A stretch of 64,000 bases of DNA, from positions 4,028 to 68,027 of the forward strand of contig CACYDT010000106.1 of NCBI GenBank assembly GCA_902773295.1, read 5' to 3'. The position numbers were made by a program, and so were the translations under genes. The stretch's first letter is position 1; each line of letters begins with the position of its first letter. Shown here piece by piece: positions 7,167-15,394 of this stretch. Source of the stretch: an uncultured Veillonellaceae bacterium (GTDB taxonomy: Bacteria > Bacillota > Negativicutes > Selenomonadales > Selenomonadaceae). The notes below the pieces were generated by a model. That model made no database searches and was not told where the DNA came from. It worked only from the letters and a program-made list of their open reading frames with translations.

Positions 7167-8351
7167 ATGGAACGATATATCTGCCTGCAGCCGGAGTATG
7201 CCAGCCAATTCCAATGCGATGGAGCACGCTGCCAAAGCAGGTGCTGCAGGGATTGGGGCGTGAGCATTGATGATGCTTCCATAGAGAAATACAGGCATAT
7301 TGGAAACCGGGCGGAAAGAGAAGAGATCCTTTCCCATGTGCGGCGCACGGAAGCGGGGCTTGCCATCGAGCTTCGGGAAAACGGCTGGTGTGCCTTTTTA
7401 AGGGAGGATTATCTTTGCCGCTTGCAGAAGAAGTATGGGGAGGAATATCTTTCCTGTACCTGCCGGACTTTTCCGCGCATGATCTATCTGTTGGACGGAA
7501 TGCTGGAACGGTCCTTGAGCCTCGCCTGTCCTGTGGCCGCGGAACTCATCCTTTCGGGCGGGAGCCCCATGGCCTTTGAGCAGGTGGAGGTGGAAGTGGA
7601 TGAGCCAGTGGTGGTCAGGAGGCCGCAGCCATCGGAATACCAGGGAAGCATTCTGGAAATCCAGTATGCCTGCATTTCCCTGTTGCAGGATCGGCGTTTT
7701 TCCTTGGATGGACGCCTTGCCTTGCTGGGCTCTTTTTTGGAACAAGTGCAGGGGGGCGAATCTGTGGATGCCCTTGCGGGCTTCTATACGTCGGAGGAAC
7801 TTCCGCGCCATGCCCGTGGATTTTTCCAGGCAATGGAATTCCATCGGGAGCAGTGGGCAGAATCCATGGCGGAACTTATGGAGGCCGTGCATGCCGGAGA
7901 GCGGGAACAGTCTGTGGAGAATCTTCGGTTGGAGCAAGTCGGGAGAACGATGGGCTTGGAAGAGAGTCCGGAGATATTCCGCAGAGGATTGAGGGCTTTT
8001 TCTGAAGAGGTGTATTCCCAGCAGAGAGAGGTTTTGATGGAACACTCGGGTGCTGTCCTGGAGAACTTCCTGGTGAATGAGTTCTTCCTGAATGTCTACC
8101 CCTTTCGGGTGAAGGGAACCCTCCTGCAGAATTTCCATGTGTTCCTTTTGGGATGGAAATTGCTGGAGCTTCTCTTGGTGGCGGGAGAGGCCGGGGGGAG
8201 GGTGCAGGAGGTTCTTCGGGATCATGCTTATCGCATGGATCATGCCGCCACTTATATGACATGCATGAAGGGCATGGCAATGAAAAGGGAGATGGAACTG
8301 GCTTCCTTGTTGAACAGTTTGCTGGAAGCCGGAAGGATACAAGATGGATGA
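7167..8351 (+). CDS. fliB: FliB-like flagellin lysine-N-methylase, paralog 1
   Basis: N-terminal Cys cluster FQCDGARCQSRCCRDWGVSID and a second cluster WCAFL...LC...C..C, as in the FliB/YkgJ-type family. About 394 aa. Flagellar context. Confidence 0.6.
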   Translation: MERYICLQPEYASQFQCDGARCQSRCCRDWGVSIDDASIEKYRHIGNRAEREEILSHVRRTEAGLAIELRENGWCAFLREDYLCRLQKKYGEEYLSCTCRTFPRMIYLLDGMLERSLSLACPVAAELILSGGSPMAFEQVEVEVDEPVVVRRPQPSEYQGSILEIQYACISLLQDRRFSLDGRLALLGSFLEQVQGGESVDALAGFYTSEELPRHARGFFQAMEFHREQWAESMAELMEAVHAGEREQSVENLRLEQVGRTMGLEESPEIFRRGLRAFSEEVYSQQREVLMEHSGAVLENFLVNEFFLNVYPFRVKGTLLQNFHVFLLGWKLLELLLVAGEAGGRVQEVLRDHAYRMDHAATYMTCMKGMAMKREMELASLLNSLLEAGRIQDG

Positions 8352-9564
8352 CGGAGGGATGGTTGTGCCAAATACCTATGTTTGTCTTCAGACGGAACAT
8401 GTCAAGAAGTTCCACTGCGATGGGAAAAGCTGCCAGTCGTTGTGTTGCAGGGGCTGGGGCATTGCGATAGACAACGCGGCATGGAAGAAGTACAAGAAGA
8501 TCAAGGGAAAGGCGGGGAAGAGCATTCTTTCCCATATCAAGAAAAAAGATGGGAAACACATGATCAAGCTTCGTGAGGATCGCTCCTGTCCGTTCCTTCG
8601 CGAGGACTTTCTCTGCAGTCTGCAGCATGATTACGGCGAGGCATATTTGTCGGATATTTGCAGGACTTATCCGCGCCTGATGAGAGTTGTGGATCAGCTC
8701 CTGGAGTGTTCCTTGTGCCTGACCTGTCCGGTGGCGGCAAAGCTTGTTTTGCTGCAGGAGTCTCCCATGGAGTTTGAGCAGGTGGAATTTTTGGCCAAGG
8801 AGGCATTGGATGTAAGGTTTTTTCAGTGGTCGAAGGGTCTGGTAAAACTTCCGGAATTGCAGTATGCAGCCATTTCCCTCTTGCAAGACCGGAGATTCAG
8901 TATGGATCAACGGCTGATAATCCTTGGCTTTTTTCTGGAGCATATACAGGATACGGAGGATATGGAGAAATGGAGCGACATCGTTCGTTTTTATGCTTCG
9001 GATGACATTGCAGAGCAGGCTCCGGAAATGTTCCGGGCGATCCGCTTCTATCCGGAGCAATATCTGAAGGCAATGTTTAGCCTGGTCGAGGCTCTGTATG
9101 GAGAGAAGAGCAACTTGCATATATGGCTGGAAGGTCTGGAGGATGTGACGAGAGTGTTTGGCTTCGAGGGGGATCATATCGAAGTGCCCGTGAGCAGTCT
9201 TTTATCATCTTACGAGGAGCACTATCCTGCAGCGAAGAAAGAATTGATGGATCATTACGGGCATATCTTTGAAAATTATTTGGTCAATGAATTTTTTGCG
9301 AATATGTATCCGTTCCGGGTAGAAGGGAATCTCGTGCAGAATTATGGAGTGTTCCTTCTTGGCTATAAGCTGATGGAATTTATTCTGGTTGCCATGAAGG
9401 CGAACCGAGGAGCAGCTGTGGATGAGGAAACATTGGTGGAGAATATTTCGGGATTCGCGAATTTTATCGACCATACGCCTAAGTACCTTGAGGCTATAAG
9501 GCAAGAAGCATGGAAACAGGGGGCAGGAACAGCAGCTTTTCTGAAGAGCTTGCTGCAGGCATGA
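8344..9564 (+). CDS. fliB: FliB-like flagellin lysine-N-methylase, paralog 2
   Basis: FHCDGKSCQSLCCRGWGIAID. Collinear with paralog 1 throughout (YPFRV.G.L.QN..VFLLG.KL.E). Its start overlaps the stop of paralog 1 (ATGGATGA). Confidence 0.6.
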   Translation: MDDGGMVVPNTYVCLQTEHVKKFHCDGKSCQSLCCRGWGIAIDNAAWKKYKKIKGKAGKSILSHIKKKDGKHMIKLREDRSCPFLREDFLCSLQHDYGEAYLSDICRTYPRLMRVVDQLLECSLCLTCPVAAKLVLLQESPMEFEQVEFLAKEALDVRFFQWSKGLVKLPELQYAAISLLQDRRFSMDQRLIILGFFLEHIQDTEDMEKWSDIVRFYASDDIAEQAPEMFRAIRFYPEQYLKAMFSLVEALYGEKSNLHIWLEGLEDVTRVFGFEGDHIEVPVSSLLSSYEEHYPAAKKELMDHYGHIFENYLVNEFFANMYPFRVEGNLVQNYGVFLLGYKLMEFILVAMKANRGAAVDEETLVENISGFANFIDHTPKYLEAIRQEAWKQGAGTAAFLKSLLQA

Positions 9565-9602
9565 AGGTCTGGTGTTTCTTCGGATAGAGGTGGCAGGAAT
9601 CG

Positions 9603-11084
9603 ATGGATTTCAGGAGCGGATATGCAAGGATGCAGGGCAAAAGTTATGCAGAAAAGCTAACGATACTGGATGAGATGGAGCGGAAGGGAATCCCTTGGGA
9701 TATGAGAGGGAAATTTTACTCAGACAAAGGGCATAGCCTTGTGATGGTGAATGATATCAAGAAAGGAATCGAATATCTGTGGAAAGCGGTGTGTGTAGGG
9801 GAAACCATAGATATTTTTGACCAAAGATGTGCTTACAGCGGTTATTTGATGGCCATGCACTATTTGGAGGATGTAACCGATGAGGAGCTACGGGATGCTC
9901 ATTTCCTTTATGAGAAATTTTTTCCCAACGTGGTTCCCTTTTCCCATACATGGCGAGACCGGAAAAAGCTCAAGATAGGCTATTTGGGCAATAATCTTTC
10001 GGGATGCGTTGAAAGCAAGTTTATTGTTCCGCTTTTGGCACAGTATGACCGTGAGCGATATGAAGTGGTTCTGTACGATGTACACCGAGGGAAGAAAAAT
10101 TGGCTGATAGAGAATTTTCGTAAAAATTATGGTTCTATGGTCCTTTGGAGAGACATGGGGGATACTAACATCGAGGAGTTTGCGGCTAGGATATATGAAG
10201 ATGGAGTGGATATTCTGGTGGATCTGGAAGGTCATACCATGGATGGTATCACTTTGCAGGTGGCTGCCTACAAGCCGGCACCGGTACAAATCTGTGGAAT
10301 CGGTTATTTCAACACGACGGGGCTTCCGGCAATCGATTACTTTCTGGGAGATGTTTATTGCGATCCCCCCGGCATTGAAAAATTGTTTTCGGAGAAGGTG
10401 CTGCGCTTACCGCATAGCCATCTTTGTTATCATACCATTATAGAGCCGTCAAAAGATCCCGGAACGTATCAGGTACACAATCCCATAGTGTTTGCGTCCT
10501 TCAACAATTTTGCCAAGATAACGGATGGAATGCTGGATTTGTGGCATCGCATCATTGAATCGGTTCCGGGATCCCGCCTTTTGTTAAAAAATCCAAGCAA
10601 GGATCTGGAACTTGTACATTCTATGCATCAGCGTGCTTTACAGGCAGGATTCCGGGAGGATCAGATGGATGTGCGTCCTTCCTCGGGGGCAGAATATTAT
10701 ATGGATGAATACATGGAGGCAGATATTGCGTTGGATACCTATCCATATCCGGGAGGAGGAACGACTTGCGATGCACTGTATATGGGGGTTCCGGTGGTAT
10801 CTCTGTATGGGCGCAGACATGGATCGCGGTTTGGGTATAGTATCTTGTCCAATGCGGGGATAGGGGAACTGGCGGCAAGTTCCAAGGAAGAATATGTGGA
10901 GAAGGCTGTGGCCTTGGCATTGGATTCGGATTTGCTGACAGTTTTGCATCATAATTTGAGAAAGATGGTGCGAAATTCTCCGGTTATGGACGGAAAAAGA
11001 TATATTCGTGATTTGGAGATGCTATATGAGCATGTTTGGGATAATTATAGGAGGATGTGCTGTTCGCATTTGGGACTGGAGTAA
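9603..11084 (+). CDS. GT41-family (OGT/SPINDLY-like) glycosyltransferase, short N-terminus
   Basis: KIGYLGNN...ILVDLEGHT...APVQICGIGYFNTTGLPAIDYFLGD...LRLPHSHLCY...FASFNNFAKIT...YPYPGGGTTCDALYMGVPVVSL are hallmarks of the GT41 C-terminal catalytic region. Confidence 0.75.
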   Translation: MDFRSGYARMQGKSYAEKLTILDEMERKGIPWDMRGKFYSDKGHSLVMVNDIKKGIEYLWKAVCVGETIDIFDQRCAYSGYLMAMHYLEDVTDEELRDAHFLYEKFFPNVVPFSHTWRDRKKLKIGYLGNNLSGCVESKFIVPLLAQYDRERYEVVLYDVHRGKKNWLIENFRKNYGSMVLWRDMGDTNIEEFAARIYEDGVDILVDLEGHTMDGITLQVAAYKPAPVQICGIGYFNTTGLPAIDYFLGDVYCDPPGIEKLFSEKVLRLPHSHLCYHTIIEPSKDPGTYQVHNPIVFASFNNFAKITDGMLDLWHRIIESVPGSRLLLKNPSKDLELVHSMHQRALQAGFREDQMDVRPSSGAEYYMDEYMEADIALDTYPYPGGGTTCDALYMGVPVVSLYGRRHGSRFGYSILSNAGIGELAASSKEEYVEKAVALALDSDLLTVLHHNLRKMVRNSPVMDGKRYIRDLEMLYEHVWDNYRRMCCSHLGLE

Positions 11085-11110
11085 GGAAATGTTTCTTTTG
11101 AGGCAGTGAG

Positions 11111-12829
11111 ATGGATTTTGAGGAGGTTTTGGATTTGCGGATGAATGGTGCACAGGCTGTGCTGGAGAGCCTGAAGAAGGAAGGCGTCGATATTGTGTTC
11201 GGCTATCCGGGCGGTGTCGTGCTGAAGCTCTATGACGAGGTTTATAAGATGAAGTTCCCCCATATTCTCACGGGACATGAGCAGGGAGCTGTCCATGCGG
11301 CGGATGGTTATGCCCGTGCTTCGGGGAAAGTGGGGGTGGTCTTTGCTACATCCGGGCCGGGGGCGGCGAATCTCATTACGGGAATCGCTACAGCGAACAT
11401 GGATTCCGTGCCATTGGTCTGCATTACGGGACAGGTGGCGAATCCTGCCATTGGGAAGGATTCCTTCCAGGAGGTAGATGTCTGCGGTATTACGACACCC
11501 ATTACGAAGCATAATTATTTGGTGAAGGATGTACGGGATCTTCCGAGGGTCATCAAGGAAGCGTTTTTCATTGCTCGGACAGGGCGGCCGGGCCCCGTAT
11601 CCATCGACGTGGCGGCAGATGTGTTCAACACGGAGTTTGAGTACGAATATCCGGAAACGGTCAGGCTGCGGGGTTATACTGGGGATTATACGGGGGACGC
11701 CGCAGAGATCGATGCAGCTGTGAAGGCCATCGAACAGGCGAAGAAGCCGCTGGTATTCTTCGGCGGCGGAGTAACGTCATCGAATACTTCGGAGGATCTT
11801 CGTGCCATTGTGGAGCGTCTGGGTGCTCCATCAGCCAGCACGCTCATGGGTCTTGGCTGCATTGCCTCCGGAACGAAGGGGTTCCTGGGCTTTGCCGGGA
11901 TGCATGGATCCTATGGGGCGAACATGGCCATCCAGCAGTGCGATTTGCTTCTGTGCATCGGCATGAGGTTCAGCGATCGTGTGACGGGACGAGTGGCGGA
12001 ATTTGCGCCGAAGGCGAAGATCCTTCATTTTGAGCTGGATCCCGCCGAAGTCAACAAGAATGTGGAGGCGGATGTCCGCGTCCTTGGGGATCTCCGCTGG
12101 TCTTTGCCCATATTGCGGGAAAAACTCATGGCTTCCAAGACGGACTTCGGGGCAAAGCATGCGGAATGGCTTCAGCATGTTGCGGAACTGGCAGCGTCAC
12201 ATCCCTTCTCTTACCGGGAGGAGGGGGATGCCATCAAGCCCGGTGCATTGATTCGGAAAATCGGCAGCCTTATGGATGAGGATGCCATTGTGGTTACGGA
12301 CGTGGGGCAGCACCAGATGTGGGCGGCACAGTTCTATGAGGCAAGGAAGCCACGTCAGTTCCTGACTTCCGGAGGCCTTGGAACTATGGGCTACGGCCTT
12401 CCCGCTGCTATGGGGGCCAAGCTTGCCTGTCCCGGGAAGAAAGTGGTGCTCTTCACGGGAGACGGCAGCATCATGATGAATTGCCAGGAATTTGCGACGA
12501 TTGCAGACCATGAGATTGATGTGAAGGTCGTGATTCTGGAGAATCATATTCTCGGCATGGTGGGCCAATGGCAGAGACTCTTCTATAACCGCCACTATTC
12601 TGCCTCGGAGCTCAAGGGAAAGCGGGATTTCGTGAAGATTGCCGAGGCCATGGGGCTTCGGGGATACCGGCTTACGAAGGCAGAAGAGCTGGAATCGCGC
12701 CTGCCGGAACTCCTGGCAGAGCCTGGGCCTGCTGTCATCGATTGTGTCATTCCCCAGGAAGAGAACGTCCTGCCCATGGTACCGGGGGGCAAGCGTTTGG
12801 ATGAGATGGTGTTGGGAGGAGAAGACTGA
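11111..12829 (+). CDS. ilvB: Acetolactate synthase large (catalytic) subunit
   Basis: GAQAVLESLKKEGVDIVFGYPGG...TSGPGAANLITGIATA...GGLGTMGYGLPAAMGAK...GDGS(I)MMN are ThDP/FAD AHAS motifs. An alternative start at 11141 (MNGAQ) is possible. Confidence 0.9.
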   Translation: MDFEEVLDLRMNGAQAVLESLKKEGVDIVFGYPGGVVLKLYDEVYKMKFPHILTGHEQGAVHAADGYARASGKVGVVFATSGPGAANLITGIATANMDSVPLVCITGQVANPAIGKDSFQEVDVCGITTPITKHNYLVKDVRDLPRVIKEAFFIARTGRPGPVSIDVAADVFNTEFEYEYPETVRLRGYTGDYTGDAAEIDAAVKAIEQAKKPLVFFGGGVTSSNTSEDLRAIVERLGAPSASTLMGLGCIASGTKGFLGFAGMHGSYGANMAIQQCDLLLCIGMRFSDRVTGRVAEFAPKAKILHFELDPAEVNKNVEADVRVLGDLRWSLPILREKLMASKTDFGAKHAEWLQHVAELAASHPFSYREEGDAIKPGALIRKIGSLMDEDAIVVTDVGQHQMWAAQFYEARKPRQFLTSGGLGTMGYGLPAAMGAKLACPGKKVVLFTGDGSIMMNCQEFATIADHEIDVKVVILENHILGMVGQWQRLFYNRHYSASELKGKRDFVKIAEAMGLRGYRLTKAEELESRLPELLAEPGPAVIDCVIPQEENVLPMVPGGKRLDEMVLGGED

Positions 12830-13332
12830 TGATGAAGAAATATCTGCTCGCTGTCCTGGTGGACAATAAGCCCGGTGTGCTCACGCATGTGTCCGGGCTG
12901 ATCAGCCGCAGGGCATTCAATATCGAGAGCATTTCGGCGGGCTATACGGAGGAGCCTTCCGTCACCCGCATCAACATCGTGGTCTCCGTGGAGTCGGAGA
13001 ATGAGCTGGACCAAGTGGTGAACCAGCTTTCGAAGCTCATCGATGTCATCAAGATCGTGAACCTCAGCAAGTCACCTTCCATTGACCGGGAACTTGTGAT
13101 GATCAAGGTGCGGGCCACGAAGAAGGATCGGGCGGATCTCGTGAATATCGTGGACATCTTCCGCGCAAACATCGTGGACATCACCCCGGAGAACGTGGTC
13201 ATTGAGCTTACGGGCCAGCAGTCCAAGATCGATGCTATCTGCGAAGTGCTCTCGGAATACGAGATCGTGGAGATCGCAAGGACGGGAGCCATCGCCCTTT
13301 CCCGCGGTCCGGTTCCCGTGAAGCGCATGTAG
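12829..13332 (+). CDS. ilvN: Acetolactate synthase small (regulatory, ACT-domain) subunit
   Basis: LAVLVDNKPGVLTHVSGLISRRAFNIESIS... is typical IlvH/IlvN. ATGA overlap with ilvB. Confidence 0.9.
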   Translation: MMKKYLLAVLVDNKPGVLTHVSGLISRRAFNIESISAGYTEEPSVTRINIVVSVESENELDQVVNQLSKLIDVIKIVNLSKSPSIDRELVMIKVRATKKDRADLVNIVDIFRANIVDITPENVVIELTGQQSKIDAICEVLSEYEIVEIARTGAIALSRGPVPVKRM

Positions 13333-13486
13333 AGCGCTGCGCGCCATTTTCCGAAAATTATTTTGCAGGGAAAAAAGGAGTTTCTTTGTTTGTGGCGAAA
13401 TATTGGAATACATAGGCAGGAATTATGACAGGGCCGCGCAAGACCCGCGGCTCCTGCATCTCATTATGGAAAGGAATGTGGCGAAA

Positions 13487-13882
13487 ATGGCTGGCAAGAT
13501 CAAGAATTGCCCGGTTTGCGGAAAGCTCTATGCGGAAACCGGACGGAAGATGTGCCCGGATTGCTTTGCGAAGGAGCAGGATAAGGAGAAGATTGTCATA
13601 GACTATGTCCGGGATCACAGGGGAGCGAAAATTCCGGAGATCGTGGAGGAGACCGGAGCCAGTGAGACTCTCATCAAGCGGCTGATCCGGGAGGGACGCT
13701 TCGAGCAGATCGGAATCAAGGTCACCTATCCATGCGAGAAGTGCGGCGCTCCCATCATCATGGGGAAAATGTGCCAGACCTGCCAGGACAAGGCGAGAAG
13801 CGAGCTTCAGGCCGCCCGGGCGAAAATCGTCGCAGCGAAGCAGAGCGGAAACTCGGGCAAAGGCATGTATTCCAAGCGGTGA
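13487..13882 (+). CDS. YvyF-like flagellar-operon zinc-ribbon protein (TIGR03826-type)
   Basis: KNCPVCGKLY...CPDCFAKEQDKEKIVIDYVRDHRGAKIPEIVEETGASETLIKRLIREGRF matches the Bacillus yvyF family, which sits just upstream of flgM. Internal start at 13487. Confidence 0.75.
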   Translation: MAGKIKNCPVCGKLYAETGRKMCPDCFAKEQDKEKIVIDYVRDHRGAKIPEIVEETGASETLIKRLIREGRFEQIGIKVTYPCEKCGAPIIMGKMCQTCQDKARSELQAARAKIVAAKQSGNSGKGMYSKR

Positions 13883-13977
13883 GCATGGGAAATCTCTATT
13901 TTCCCTGCAACAGGCAAGAAATGGCGAAAATGGAAGATAACAGGAGATAATAGAAGATTATCAGAGGAAATGGGAAA

Positions 13978-14008
13978 AGGGCAGGAGTTAAGTCTCCTGC
14001 CCTTTTCT
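13978..14008 (+). terminator. Intrinsic terminator after the yvyF-like gene
   Basis: gggcaggag / ctcctgccc stem with loop ttaagt, followed by tttt. Confidence 0.75.
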
Positions 14009-14015
14009 ACGATAA
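13989..14015 (+). promoter_or_regulatory. Sigma-28-type promoter of flgM: TAAG-N15-TACGATAA
   Basis: The TAAG lies in the loop of the preceding terminator hairpin and CGATAA directly follows the T-run. Same spacing as the flagellin 1 promoter. Confidence 0.6.
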
Positions 14016-14100
14016 CATGACTGAAGGAAAAGGAAGTCCTGCTGGTTCGGACGATGCAGCAAATACAAGGGAATAGGAATCATGACAGGGTGGTGTAATT

Positions 14101-14379
14101 ATGTATATCAATAACAATGTGCAATCCATTGCGGGAGCGTATGCCCTGAATTCGGCAACTCCGGCAAAGCGCACGACTGCGGCGGCCCCTGCCTCTTTCA
14201 AGGATGAGGTTCACCTTTCCAGCGAGGCGCAGAGTTTCCATGAGATGCTCAAGGAGCTCAAAGGCATGGATGATGTCCGCCAGGACAAGGTGGATTTTTA
14301 TACGGCGGCGATAGAGAATGGCAGTTATGATGTGCCGGCAGCCAATATTGCCAGCCGCATGATGTCGCTCCGTTTCTGA
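14101..14379 (+). CDS. flgM: Anti-sigma-28 factor FlgM
   Basis: 92 aa. C-terminal ...RQDKVDFYTAAIENGSYDVPAANIASRMM is the FlgM signature. Confidence 0.9.
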   Translation: MYINNNVQSIAGAYALNSATPAKRTTAAAPASFKDEVHLSSEAQSFHEMLKELKGMDDVRQDKVDFYTAAIENGSYDVPAANIASRMMSLRF

Positions 14380-14399
14380 GAGTGGGGGCGGGATGATTC

Positions 14400-14885
14400 A
14401 TGTGGCAGGAACTCATTGAGGTTTTGCGGCAGCTTCAGAGGGAATACGAGAGCCTTCGTTCTCTGGGGAAGGAAAAGCACGGTATGCTCATATCCGTGAA
14501 CCTGGAGAGAGTGGAGGCAATCCTCAAAAAAGAGGAAGTGCATTCTGCCAGGATTGCGGAGCTGGAAGGGCAGCGCAAGGCGATTCTCATGAAGCTGGCA
14601 GGGCTGGAGAAGAATCTTCGCCCGGATATGAAGATGGCGGAGCTCTATCATGTTGTGCCGAATCCGCGCACCAGGCAGACCTTGAAGGAACTTCATGGAA
14701 AACTGGACGAGGCGGTGGAGGCTGTGGTGCAGCAGAACGAAATCAACTCCGTTCTTGTCCATGGGGCGCTCAATGCGGTGAACGCGAAGCTCAACCGCCT
14801 GGGCGGGGTTTCCGTGGAACCGGCTTACGGGAAGGGCGGGAAGGACGTTGTCAGCCATCGCAGGAATTTTGATTTCCGTGCTTGA
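14400..14885 (+). CDS. flgN: FlgN-family flagellar export chaperone
   Basis: 161 aa helical protein directly after flgM and before flgK (the yvyG position). FlgN-like heptad pattern. Confidence 0.7.
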   Translation: MWQELIEVLRQLQREYESLRSLGKEKHGMLISVNLERVEAILKKEEVHSARIAELEGQRKAILMKLAGLEKNLRPDMKMAELYHVVPNPRTRQTLKELHGKLDEAVEAVVQQNEINSVLVHGALNAVNAKLNRLGGVSVEPAYGKGGKDVVSHRRNFDFRA

Positions 14886-14906
14886 TTTGCGGAGAAAGGA
14901 TGTTTC

Positions 14907-15374
14907 ATGGAGGAAGCAATCAAGCTGATTCATCGCCAATGGATTGCCTGCAGGCAGCTGAAGGGCTTCCTGGATGAGTTGAAGGCAGCTCTTCAACAGA
15001 AGATGGATGCCAAGCGGCTTCGTGAGGCAGTGAAGCATGTCGAGTCGATGTTTGGCGAGATTTCCCGGTTGGGAGAGGAGCAGGATCAGTTCTTGGAGGC
15101 ACGTCAGCAGCAGAATATGGTCAGCTTCGTGCAGGCGCAGCCAGACTCAGAGGAAAGAGATGTGGCCATGCGCCTGCTTTTTCAGTTGGGGGAACTGCAG
15201 GAACAGATTTCCGGACAGATGATGGCGGCGGGGAAGCTCTTGAAACGCAGCCAGGAATTCGTTTCGTTCCAGGTCAATATGCAGGCACAAGCGAAAGCCG
15301 GGGATCTCTACGGACCGCCGGGGGCTGCCGGGGGAGCGCATGGCGGTTCCAAGATGTTTGAGGCAAATGTGTGA
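14907..15374 (+). CDS. Helical protein of unknown function (possible second FlgN-like chaperone)
   Basis: 155 aa, coiled-coil-like, with SD GAGAAAGGA. Tightly packed between flgN and flgK. Confidence 0.55.
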   Translation: MEEAIKLIHRQWIACRQLKGFLDELKAALQQKMDAKRLREAVKHVESMFGEISRLGEEQDQFLEARQQQNMVSFVQAQPDSEERDVAMRLLFQLGELQEQISGQMMAAGKLLKRSQEFVSFQVNMQAQAKAGDLYGPPGAAGGAHGGSKMFEANV

Positions 15375-15394
15375 TTTCTATAGAAAGATGAGGG

